Assembly (NCBI GenBank): GCA_963666735.1
Contig: OY762926.1
Span: forward strand, 1,024,001 to 1,088,000
DNA: 64,000 bases
DNA from: Gemmatimonadota bacterium
Lineage (GTDB): Bacteria > Gemmatimonadota > Gemmatimonadetes > Palauibacterales > Palauibacteraceae
Direction: 5' to 3'
The notes below the pieces were generated by a model. The model made no database searches. It was not told the origin of the DNA and saw nothing but the letters and a program-made list of their open reading frames with translations. A program made the translations under genes and the position numbers. Within the stretch, counting starts at the first letter, position 1. Each line of letters begins with the position of its first letter. This document shows, piece by piece, positions 1 to 8,823 of this stretch.

Positions 1-769
1 TGTCCCGGATCGCGCCGGTGTCCGCGGGCTCGAGGTGATCGCGCTCGGCGGTGTAGCGGTCGTGCGCGGGGGCCTCGGGGTCGTAGAGGACGGCGCGCGT
101 CTGGGGCCCCAGCCCGATGCAGCGGACGAAGCGGTCGTGCGCCACCCCCTGCTGAAGGTGCATGACGAACTTGCCGCTCTCGTCGTAGGCGGCGCCGAGC
201 GCCTCGTCGTCCCCGATGCGCGACACGCCGCGCCAGCCACCGCCGTCGTAGGGTTTCATGAACACGGGATAGCCCAGGTCGTGCGCCACGGCGGGAAGAT
301 CGAACAGCCGCGCGTAGCGCTTCAGGGTGACCGCCAGATCGTCCTGCGGGTCGTAGGACTTGGGCGGGATGAGCCATGTCCGCGGAACCGGGAGACCCAG
401 CCTCATCATCGCGCAGTAGGTGGAGTGCTTCTCCATCGACTGGACGCTCCACGGATTGTTGAACACGTAGAGCCCGTCCATGATCACGGACTTCTTGATC
501 CATTCTCGCGTCGGAAAATACCAGTGCGTGAGGCGGTCGATGACAACGTCGTATTTTCCCTTCTGCTGCAGATCGAAGGGCTCGATCGTGACATCCTCGA
601 GATGGAACCGGATCATGCCGCCGGACGACGGGATCCGGGGGTTCAGCCGCTCGAGGATCGCGCGGTAGGCGATGGGCCAGCAGAGGTCCGCCCCGAGCGA
701 GAGGCCGATGCGGCGCGTGACCTCGGGCGCCGGGGCCGGTGGGGGCGCGGAGGCCGCGGGGACGGTCAT
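1..769 (-). CDS. RimK/glutathione-synthetase-like ATP-grasp protein (3' end runs off window)
   Basis: Not in ORF track; manual translation MTVPAASAPP...YDVVIDRLTHW...NNPWSVQSMEKHSTYCAMMRLGLPVPRTW...GYPVFMKPYDGGGWRGV; ATGA overlap with esterase stop. Confidence 0.8.
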   Translation of the reverse strand, partial: MTVPAASAPPPAPAPEVTRRIGLSLGADLCWPIAYRAILERLNPRIPSSGGMIRFHLEDVTIEPFDLQQKGKYDVVIDRLTHWYFPTREWIKKSVIMDGLYVFNNPWSVQSMEKHSTYCAMMRLGLPVPRTWLIPPKSYDPQDDLAVTLKRYARLFDLPAVAHDLGYPVFMKPYDGGGWRGVSRIGDDEALGAAYDESGKFVMHLQQGVAHDRFVRCIGLGPQTRAVLYDPEAPAHDRYTAERDHLEPADTGAIRD

Positions 770-1962
770 TCGTACACCATCCAGAGGGGACCCGGGAAGA
801 GCCACGACAGGCCCTCGCGCAGCCGGTCGCGCCAGTTCTCCCAGTTGTGGCCATCGCGCGACTCGACGAAGCGCACGTTGGCGCCGCCGCGCCGGAGGGC
901 GGGGATCAGGGCTCGATTCTCCGAGACGAGCGGTTCATAGACGCCCACGGAGACGAAGACCTTCTGCGCGACGGCGGTCGGCGCGTCCCGGTACGCGTTC
1001 ATCATCTCGACGATGCGGTCGAAGACGGGGCCGCTCTCGCTGGCGCCGATGTCCGTGAACAGGAACGAGCCGGACTGCAGCAGGAGGCGGCCGAAGCGGC
1101 CCGGGTGTTCGAGCGCGGCGTGGAAGGAGGCGACCGCACCGAGACTCGCGCCCATGAGACCGCGCGACTCCGGCTCCGGGAGGAGCGGGTAGTCGCGCTC
1201 GAGGCGCGGCAACAGTTCCTCGACGACGAACCGCGCGTGCGCCGGATCCGCCGAATACTCCGACATGCGGTCGCCGGGATGCAGCAACGCGACGATCATC
1301 CGCGGGATCTCGAAGCGGCCCATCAACTGGTCGAACACCGCGCGCAGGCTGGCGTACTCGAGGTAGTCCGCGCCGTCGTGGACGACGAGCAGCGGGTAGC
1401 TGCGGTTCGCACGGAACGCCGCCGGACGGTACACCGTGACGTGCCGGGCGGAATCGAGCGCCTCGCTTTCGACCACGAGTTCGTCGATCGCGCCGCGGTG
1501 GGCCTCCTCGCTCTCACGAGCCCAGCCGGGGATTTCGTAGCCGCGTGCCTGCACGACGGAGTTCGCGCCGAACGGATCGCGGGCGCGGTGGGGGTTCAGC
1601 GGATCCTCGATCCACTCCGCGCGGCCGTGGGCGAGCACCTCGATCTTGTACTCCACCCGCGACTCATCGGGGAGTTCGAGGGTGTAGCACCAGAGATCCG
1701 TTCCGTCCAGGCGGCGGAAGGGCGCCGAGGTCTGGAGTCCGTGCACCCAGTGCCGTAGGCGGACGGCGTCCGCGGGACCCCGATACACGAAGGTGTAGAG
1801 GGGCGGCTCGGAGAGCGGGAACTCGTTGGCATCGAGGAACGCGTCCACCGCGGCCGCCGCACCGGGACCCGGGACGAGCTGCTTCTCGAGCGCCGCGATG
1901 GCCGGCGAACGCGGCATGGACAGGTCGTGCCCCTGTTCGCGGAGGTTGGCGTCGAATCGCAT
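766..1962 (-). CDS. Fes-like alpha/beta esterase with N-terminal CBM48/E-set-like domain
   Basis: GASLGA nucleophile motif, DGHNWENW His motif, N-terminal beta domain ...RVEYKIEV...WIEDPLNP; start 1962 or 1917. Confidence 0.8.
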   Translation of the reverse strand: MRFDANLREQGHDLSMPRSPAIAALEKQLVPGPGAAAAVDAFLDANEFPLSEPPLYTFVYRGPADAVRLRHWVHGLQTSAPFRRLDGTDLWCYTLELPDESRVEYKIEVLAHGRAEWIEDPLNPHRARDPFGANSVVQARGYEIPGWARESEEAHRGAIDELVVESEALDSARHVTVYRPAAFRANRSYPLLVVHDGADYLEYASLRAVFDQLMGRFEIPRMIVALLHPGDRMSEYSADPAHARFVVEELLPRLERDYPLLPEPESRGLMGASLGAVASFHAALEHPGRFGRLLLQSGSFLFTDIGASESGPVFDRIVEMMNAYRDAPTAVAQKVFVSVGVYEPLVSENRALIPALRRGGANVRFVESRDGHNWENWRDRLREGLSWLFPGPLWMVYE

Positions 1963-1969
1963 GGCCGGA

Positions 1970-2965
1970 CTACGCTGCCGCGCGGAAAGGGACCCGGCGG
2001 CCCGCCAGGTCGAGACGCTCGACGCCGTCCCCGCCGCTCCAGCCGTCGCCGGCCCGGTCGAGGCGGCGGCCCGGGTCGAGGAGGACGCAGGATGCCGGGG
2101 CGAAGCGGGCCGCGAGCCGCGCGCTGCGCGCCCGGTCGTCCAGCGCCAGGCGGGCCGAGGCGTGGGGAAGCGCGACGATCCCCGCGGCGAGCCCGAATCC
2201 CGCATCGAACACCTCGGAGTTCCCCTCCCCCCAGGGCGGCCGGTCGTGAAAGAGGACGATGCGCTCCGTCAGCACCATCGCGCCGGCCGAGCGGGCGATC
2301 ACGGTGCGGCTTCCGAGGAGATCCCGTCCGCCGAAGAGACGCAGCCGGCTGAGGAGATTCGAGACGTGCCCGCCCTCGAGGAGGATCGCCTCCGCCCCCT
2401 CGAGACGCGCGTTTACCTCCCGTCGCTGCGATCGCACGGCGTCGCGCTCGCCGGGCGCCATGCGCCGTTCGAACGCCGAGCGAATCTCGACCACGCGGTC
2501 GAGATGGCGCGCATCGAGGCGCCGAATCGCTTCGAGGGCCTCATCCCGTTCCTCGGCGAGCACCGTCTCGTCGCCTCGCAGGTCGGCCAGCCGCCGATGG
2601 GCCTCGATGAGACCGTGGAGCCGCAGGTTGTAGGCGCGCCGCAGCGCCCGGAGCCGGTCGCGGCTCGCCCGGTGCGCCCGCGCGAGCTCCGCGTCCGCTT
2701 CGGCGATCCGGTCGGAGCGCCGATAGAGCTCAAGGTCCACGACGCGGTCGGCGAGGCGGGGATCGACCAGGCCTTCGTTCGCCTCGCGGTCCCGCCACCC
2801 CGCGGTGACGGCCGCGATCCGCGCGCCCGGCGACAGCGCGCCCTCGGCCTCCAGTTCCCGGACCACGTCCCGGAGCGTGAGGCCGCCTCCTCGCGGACCC
2901 AGGAGGACGAGCGGCGACCGCGACCCGGCGCCGTCGGCCATCCGACGCCTTCTCGACGCCCTCAT
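1970..2965 (-). CDS. Peptidase S51/cyanophycinase-like (class I GATase fold) protein
   Basis: VTAGW, LLEGGHV, IARSAGAM and LPHA motifs; ATGA overlap with upstream ATP-grasp gene. Confidence 0.65.
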   Translation of the reverse strand: MRASRRRRMADGAGSRSPLVLLGPRGGGLTLRDVVRELEAEGALSPGARIAAVTAGWRDREANEGLVDPRLADRVVDLELYRRSDRIAEADAELARAHRASRDRLRALRRAYNLRLHGLIEAHRRLADLRGDETVLAEERDEALEAIRRLDARHLDRVVEIRSAFERRMAPGERDAVRSQRREVNARLEGAEAILLEGGHVSNLLSRLRLFGGRDLLGSRTVIARSAGAMVLTERIVLFHDRPPWGEGNSEVFDAGFGLAAGIVALPHASARLALDDRARSARLAARFAPASCVLLDPGRRLDRAGDGWSGGDGVERLDLAGRRVPFRAAA

Positions 2966-4185
2966 GCGGCGCGCACCCGCACCCACCGCCCCACGGCGTC
3001 GAGCATCGCGCGGAGTTCGTCGTAATCCGGGTGCCGCAGGCGGAGCCAGGCGTTCGCCATGTATCCGGCCTCCACCGGTTGGGTGGGCGTACCGGGCGGC
3101 GGCAGGTGCGTGTCGATGATCCACTCTCCGAAACGGGCTTCCACCTTCTCCAGACCCTCGTACCCCGCGATCCGTCCATCGTTTTCGGGCCGCAACGTCA
3201 CGATCCCCGCCGAGTACCGGCGCGACGCGTCCTGCGATTTGCGGCCGTGCACGAGGCAGGCCGCCCACTCGCGGTACACGTCCATTTCGTTCGCCGCTCC
3301 ATACAGGTCCCAGGCCCGTACGCCGGGGGGACGACAACCGATCTCGGAGAACTTGAGCCCTTTGTCGCCGAAGAACCATTCCATGTGGGTCGCCGAGGTC
3401 CCGATCTCGAGCGCATCGATGACCCGCCGCCCCAGTTCCCTGACTTCGGCGTATGCATCGGCGGTGTCGATCCGGTTCGTGGCGATGAACTGGGGCGACA
3501 CGTCACGGGTCCGCATGGCCTCGAGCACGTTCGGGTAGTAGTGGGTCATGAAGTCGTGGACCACCGCGCCGCCCACCGTCAGCGTGTCGTAGAAGGCCTC
3601 GTGTCCGTCGACGAACTCCTCGACGGCCACTTCGGCTCCCTGCCCCACGCCGAGGCGCGGGAGCAACGCCGCGAGCCGGGCCTCATCGTCGACGCGATAC
3701 GTGCCCGAGGCGCCGGCCCCGGCGCGAGGCTTGACGATGAGCGGATAGCCGACCCGTCCGCCGAAACGCACGATCTCCTCCGCGTCGCCTCCACCCATGG
3801 ACTGCGCCGTCGCGATCCCCGCACCGCGAAGGGCGTCCTTCATGGCCGGCTTGTCGCGGCACAGGTGCGCGGTGCGCACGGAGGTCCCGGCCAGCCCCGC
3901 GGCTTCCCGCACGCGGGCGGCCGGGAGGATGTGGGCTTCGACCGTGGCCTCGAGGCGATCCACGGGCCGCCGCCGGTGGATCTCGTGAAGCGCGTGTGCG
4001 AGCGCGCCCTCGTCGCACACGGAACCGACCTGCTCGTAGCAGGTGAGCCACCGGTGCAGGTCGGCGCCCAGCGCTTCCGGCGGGGCTTCGCCCACCGCGG
4101 ACACTTCCGCGCCGATCTCGTGCAGGCCGCGCACGAAGGCTTTCTGGTTCCCGGGGAACAGGGGTTCAACGAATACGACGTGCAT
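2962..4185 (-). CDS. ATP-grasp domain protein (L-amino acid ligase/carboxylate-amine ligase-like)
   Basis: RDKPAMK, GYPLIVKPRAGAGA, EEFVDG, HMEWF, SEIGCRPPG. Confidence 0.85.
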   Translation of the reverse strand: MHVVFVEPLFPGNQKAFVRGLHEIGAEVSAVGEAPPEALGADLHRWLTCYEQVGSVCDEGALAHALHEIHRRRPVDRLEATVEAHILPAARVREAAGLAGTSVRTAHLCRDKPAMKDALRGAGIATAQSMGGGDAEEIVRFGGRVGYPLIVKPRAGAGASGTYRVDDEARLAALLPRLGVGQGAEVAVEEFVDGHEAFYDTLTVGGAVVHDFMTHYYPNVLEAMRTRDVSPQFIATNRIDTADAYAEVRELGRRVIDALEIGTSATHMEWFFGDKGLKFSEIGCRPPGVRAWDLYGAANEMDVYREWAACLVHGRKSQDASRRYSAGIVTLRPENDGRIAGYEGLEKVEARFGEWIIDTHLPPPGTPTQPVEAGYMANAWLRLRHPDYDELRAMLDAVGRWVRVRAA

Positions 4186-4308
4186 GCTTCGCCAACGACT
4201 CGCGGGGAAAACTTCACTTTGGGGGCTCGACATAGTACAGTCCCTGCTCTCGAACGCCAGCCCGTCCGGCGGCGGCCGTCCGGCCCGCCGCGGCAACCCG
4301 GAAGATCC

Positions 4309-5532
4309 ATGCCCAACGTCGCATTCGTCGCCCCGTTCTATCTTCCCACCACGCTGCGCTTTCTGGAAGCCGCCGCGGGGCGCGCCGACGTGCGCCTCGG
4401 GGTCGTGACGCAGGAGCCGCTCGAGCGAACGCCGGCCTCGCTGCGGCGGGGGGTCGCGGCGCACGTCCAGGTCGAGGACGCCCTGTCGGCGGAGGGGATT
4501 CACAGCGGGCTGCGCCGGCTCTCCGCGGAACTCGGCGGGATCGACCGCCTGCTGGGCGCGCTCGAGGAACTTCAGGTGCCGCTCGGGGAGCTGCGCGACG
4601 CGCTGGGAATCGCGGGCATGGGCGCGGCCGCCGCGGACAACTTCCGCGACAAGTCGCGCATGAAGGACGTGCTCCGGGCGCACGGTCTGCCCTGTGCCCG
4701 ACACGCGCTGGTCCGCGGCGAGGGCGAGGCGACCGCCTTCTCGGATACTGCCGGCTTCCCGCTCATCGTGAAGCCGCCGGCCGGTTCCGGAGCCCGCGGC
4801 ACGTTCCGCGTCGAAACGCCGGCGCAGTTGCGCACGGCGATCGCGATGTCCCGGCCGAGCGCGGAGCGGCCGACGCTCATCGAGGAGTTCATCGTCGGCG
4901 AGGAACACTCCTTCGACGGGGTCTCGGTCGGCGGGCACGTCGTCTGGCATTCGATCAACCACTACCTGCCCTCGCCGCTCGAGGTGCTGCGCGAGCCGTG
5001 GATCCAGTGGTGCGTCCTCCTTCCGCGGGAGGTCGATTCGCCCCGGTACGAGGAGATCCGGCGCGTCGCGGGACCCGCGCTCGATGCGCTCGGGATGGAG
5101 ACGGGGCTGAGCCACATGGAGTGGTTCCGGCGGCCCGACGGTTCGGTGGCGATCTCCGAAGTCGGAGCCCGGCCGCCGGGCGCCCAGTTCGTCACGCTGA
5201 TCTCCCAGGCCCACGACTTCGACCTCTACCTTGCCTGGGCCCACCTCCTGGTCTTCGATGAATTCGATCCCCCGCCCCGCCCCTACGCGGCCGGCGCGGC
5301 CTATCTCCGGGGACAGGGCCGGGGCCCCGTGCGGCGGGTGGCCGGCATCGAGGCGATCGCGAGGGATCTCGGGCCGCTGTGCGTCGAGTGGCGCCTCCCC
5401 CGCACGGGACAGGCGCAGAGCGCGTCGTACGAGGGAGAGGGCTACATCATCGTCCGCCACCCGCGCACCGAGGTCGTCGAGGAGGCGCTGGGGCGGATCA
5501 TCACCGAGGTAAGGGTGGAGTTGAGTACATGA
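4309..5532 (+). CDS. ATP-grasp domain protein
   Basis: FRDKSRMK, GFPLIVKPPAGSGA, EEFIVG, HMEWF, SEVGARPPG. Confidence 0.85.
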   Translation: MPNVAFVAPFYLPTTLRFLEAAAGRADVRLGVVTQEPLERTPASLRRGVAAHVQVEDALSAEGIHSGLRRLSAELGGIDRLLGALEELQVPLGELRDALGIAGMGAAAADNFRDKSRMKDVLRAHGLPCARHALVRGEGEATAFSDTAGFPLIVKPPAGSGARGTFRVETPAQLRTAIAMSRPSAERPTLIEEFIVGEEHSFDGVSVGGHVVWHSINHYLPSPLEVLREPWIQWCVLLPREVDSPRYEEIRRVAGPALDALGMETGLSHMEWFRRPDGSVAISEVGARPPGAQFVTLISQAHDFDLYLAWAHLLVFDEFDPPPRPYAAGAAYLRGQGRGPVRRVAGIEAIARDLGPLCVEWRLPRTGQAQSASYEGEGYIIVRHPRTEVVEEALGRIITEVRVELST

Positions 5533-6746
5533 ACGTGCTGATGATTTCGCCGGGGTACCCGGCCGAGATGACGTACTTCACGCGCGGGCTCGCGGAAGTG
5601 GGCGCGAACGTCATCGGCCTGGGCGATCAGCCCGGGTCGGCGCTGCCCGAGATCGCCCGGGCGAGCGTGTCCACCCACCTGCAGGTGAGATCGCTGGCGG
5701 ATGAGGCGGACGTGATGCGGCAGGTCGCCGCGCTCGGCGCGAGAACCCGGATCGACCGCGTGGAGTGCCTGTGGGAACCCTTCATGATCCTCGCCGCGCG
5801 GCTGCGCGAGATGCTGGAGCTGCCGGGGCCGACGGTCGAGCAGACGCTCCCCTTCCGCGACAAGGAAGTGATGAAGGACGTCCTCGACGGCGCCGGGATC
5901 CGGACGCCCCGCCACGGGAGGGCCACGAGCAGCGCGGAGTGCCGCGAGGTCGCGGAGCGCGTCGGCTTCCCGCTCATCGTGAAGCCCGTCGACGGCGCCG
6001 GCTCGGCCGACACGCACCGGGTCGATTCGGCGCGGGACCTGGAGCGGATCCTTCCCGCCCTCCGGCACGTCCCGCAGGTCACGGTCGAGGAGTTCATCGA
6101 GGGCGAGGACATGACCTTCGACACGGTCACGGTCGGAGGGGTCGTCGCGCACTACAACATCTGCCGCTACTGGCCCCGCGCGCTCGAGTCGAAGACGCAC
6201 GAGTGGCTCAGCCCCATCACCTATGCGCTGCGCGACGTGGAAGCGGATGATCTGGCCGTCGGACGCGAGATGGGGTTCGCCGTGCTCGCCGCGCTCGGAT
6301 TCGAGACCGGCTACACGCACATGGAGTGGTACCGGACGGCGGACGGGGAGGCCGTGTTCGGCGAGATCGCCGCGAGGCCCCCCGGCGTGCGGACGGTCGA
6401 TCTCATCAATTTCGCGAGCGACATCGACACCTATCGCGGGTGGGCCGAAGGGGTCGTGCACGCGAAGTGGTCGCAGCCGGTGGAACGGAAGTACAACGCC
6501 TGCTGGATCGTCAAGCGGGCGCGCGGGCAGGGCCGGATCCAGCGCATCGAAGGGCTCGCCCCGCTGCTCCAGGAGTACGGCGAGCGGGTGTGCAGCCTGG
6601 ATCTGCTCCCGGTCGGGGCACCCCGGCGGAACTGGCAGGCCACGCTCGTCTCCGACGGGATGATCTTCCTCCGCCACCCGGACATCGAGACGCTGGAGAC
6701 GATCGCCGGCGAGTTCGTGACGCGGCTGCAACTCTACGCGGCCTGA
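5529..6746 (+). CDS. ATP-grasp domain protein
   Basis: FRDKEVMK, GFPLIVKPVDGAGS, EEFIEG, HMEWY, GEIAARPPG; ATGA overlap with previous gene. Confidence 0.85.
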   Translation: MNVLMISPGYPAEMTYFTRGLAEVGANVIGLGDQPGSALPEIARASVSTHLQVRSLADEADVMRQVAALGARTRIDRVECLWEPFMILAARLREMLELPGPTVEQTLPFRDKEVMKDVLDGAGIRTPRHGRATSSAECREVAERVGFPLIVKPVDGAGSADTHRVDSARDLERILPALRHVPQVTVEEFIEGEDMTFDTVTVGGVVAHYNICRYWPRALESKTHEWLSPITYALRDVEADDLAVGREMGFAVLAALGFETGYTHMEWYRTADGEAVFGEIAARPPGVRTVDLINFASDIDTYRGWAEGVVHAKWSQPVERKYNACWIVKRARGQGRIQRIEGLAPLLQEYGERVCSLDLLPVGAPRRNWQATLVSDGMIFLRHPDIETLETIAGEFVTRLQLYAA

Positions 6747-8755
6747 TCCCCTTCACCCGAGCCTTCCGAGCGCGCGAGCACGAGAAACCCCAGCGGCGGG
6801 AGATCGACCGGGAGCGAGGCGGGACGTCCATGGCGGGGCGCCTCCCCGGCGCTCGGCGGCAGTGCGGTGCGCCCGCCCCCCCCGAAGGCCGGATCGCCGC
6901 TGTCCAGCAGGACGCGGTAGGGTCCGGCTTCGGGAAGTGCGACCCGGTAGTGCGGCCACGCGGTGGCGGAGAAATTCGCCACCACGACGAGACACCCCTC
7001 CCACTCCGGCCGCCAGCGCACGTAGCTCAGCACGCTGTGCCGGGCATCGTGCACGTCGAGCCACTCGAACCCTTGCGGCGCGTGGTCGAGCGCGTGTAGC
7101 GCGGGTTCTTCCGCGTACAGACGGTTCAGCGCGCGCACCCAGCGCCGGAGCCCGCGATGCGACCGGTACGCCGGGTTCGATGGCGCATCCGGAAGACTCC
7201 AGTCCAGCTCACGGTCTTCGTTCCATTCCCGCCGCTGCCCGATCTCCCCTCCCATGAAGAGGAGCTTGGCTCCCGGGTGCGTCCACATGTAGCCGAGGAG
7301 GAGGCGGACACCGGCGAACTTCTCCTCGTCCGTCCCCGGCATCTTCTCCACGAGAGAACGCTTGAGGTGAACAACTTCATCGTGCGACAGAGGAAGGAGA
7401 TGTCGTTCCGTGTGCGCGTAGTGAAGAGAGAACGTCAGGTGCCGGTGCAGACGCGGCCGCCGCTCCGGCGGGGCGGCCAGGACCCGGAGCGTGTCGTTCA
7501 TCCACCCCATGTTCCACTTGAAGTCGAACCCGAGCCCTCCCTCGTCCACCGGCGCCGTCACGCCCGGCCATGCACTGCTCTCCTCCGCGAACAGGAGGAC
7601 GCCCGGACAGTCGCGGTGGACCATCTCCGAGAGCCCTTTGAGGAAGGCGATCGCGCCGAGGTTCTCCCGTCCCCCGAGTTCGTTCGGCTCCCAGTCGCCC
7701 TCGTCCCGCGAATAGTCCAGGTGGAGCATCGACGCCACCGCATCGACGCGCAGGCCGTCCACGTGATAGCGCTCGATCCAGTAGCGGGCGCTCGAGAGGA
7801 GGAATGAGACGACCTCCGGCCGGCTGAAATCGAAGGCGAGCGTGCCCCAATCCGGATGCACGGCCCGTGATTCCTCCCCCATCTCGTAAAGGGGGGCGCC
7901 GTCGAACGTCCTCAGGCCGTGGAGGTCGGGGCCGAAGTGGCCCGGCACCCAGTCGAGCACGACGCCCAGCCCCAGGCGGTGGGCTTCATCCACGAAGTGC
8001 GCGAAGTCCTCCGGAGGCCCGTAGCGGGAAGTGGGAGCGAAGTATCCGACCGTCTGATACCCCCAACTCCCGTCATACGGGTGCTCCATGACGGGGAGGA
8101 GTTCGATGTGCGTGAAACCCAGGTCGGCGGCGTAGGGCAGCAACTCCCGGGCGAGCGCGCGGTACCCCGGCCACGAGCCGTCCGCGTTGCGGCGCCAGGA
8201 ACCGGGATGCACCTCGTAGATGGAGATGGGGACGCCGGCGGCCGCGCGTTCCCGGCGAGTCTCGACCCACGCCGCATCCGTCCAGTCGTACGGGCCGGTC
8301 GACACGACCCGCGACGCCGTGCCCGGCCTGACCTCGGCGGCGCGTCCGAGGGGATCCGCCTTGTCGACCGAGCTGGAGGGCGGGGCCACCGCGCCGTCCG
8401 TCCCGGAAGCTATCCGAAACTTGTACAGGTCTCCGGGCCCGACGCCGGGGAGAAAGCGTTCCCACACGCCGGCGTCCCCCACCGGAGACATGGGATGCGC
8501 CTCTCCGTCCCAATCGTTGAACGAGCCCACGACGCTGACCCGCCGGGCGCGCGGGGCCCATACGGCGAAGCGCGTGCCCGCCTCTCCGCCGCGCTCGCAC
8601 GGGTGCGCGCCGAGCAGATCGTGGAGCGCGGACTCCCTTCCGGCGCGGAACGCCCCGAAGTCGGACGCCTGCAGAGGGAACGAAGGGTCGCGCGCCGGGG
8701 TTTGGAGAGGTCCGGGCGGGCCGCTAGCTTTTTCGTGTTCGATCTGCCACCTCAT
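6734..8755 (-). CDS. glgB: 1,4-alpha-glucan branching enzyme (GH13)
   Basis: FAVWAP, IYEVHPGSW, SWGYQ, DGLRVDAVASM, AEES, KWNMGWMND, LSHDEVVH; start approximate. Confidence 0.95.
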   Translation of the reverse strand: MRWQIEHEKASGPPGPLQTPARDPSFPLQASDFGAFRAGRESALHDLLGAHPCERGGEAGTRFAVWAPRARRVSVVGSFNDWDGEAHPMSPVGDAGVWERFLPGVGPGDLYKFRIASGTDGAVAPPSSSVDKADPLGRAAEVRPGTASRVVSTGPYDWTDAAWVETRRERAAAGVPISIYEVHPGSWRRNADGSWPGYRALARELLPYAADLGFTHIELLPVMEHPYDGSWGYQTVGYFAPTSRYGPPEDFAHFVDEAHRLGLGVVLDWVPGHFGPDLHGLRTFDGAPLYEMGEESRAVHPDWGTLAFDFSRPEVVSFLLSSARYWIERYHVDGLRVDAVASMLHLDYSRDEGDWEPNELGGRENLGAIAFLKGLSEMVHRDCPGVLLFAEESSAWPGVTAPVDEGGLGFDFKWNMGWMNDTLRVLAAPPERRPRLHRHLTFSLHYAHTERHLLPLSHDEVVHLKRSLVEKMPGTDEEKFAGVRLLLGYMWTHPGAKLLFMGGEIGQRREWNEDRELDWSLPDAPSNPAYRSHRGLRRWVRALNRLYAEEPALHALDHAPQGFEWLDVHDARHSVLSYVRWRPEWEGCLVVVANFSATAWPHYRVALPEAGPYRVLLDSGDPAFGGGGRTALPPSAGEAPRHGRPASLPVDLPPLGFLVLARSEGSGEGDQAA

Positions 8756-8823
8756 CACGGCGCGTCCGTCCGGGACCGGGCGCCGTCCCTTGCAGCCACA
8801 CATTCGCCACTTCGCGACGAAGT

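Noticed and set aside
2962..5532. 832/833-aa versions of the ATP-grasp ORFs in the track
   Set aside because: N-terminal halves are antisense read-through of the divergent partner; real starts are 4185 (-) and 4309 (+)
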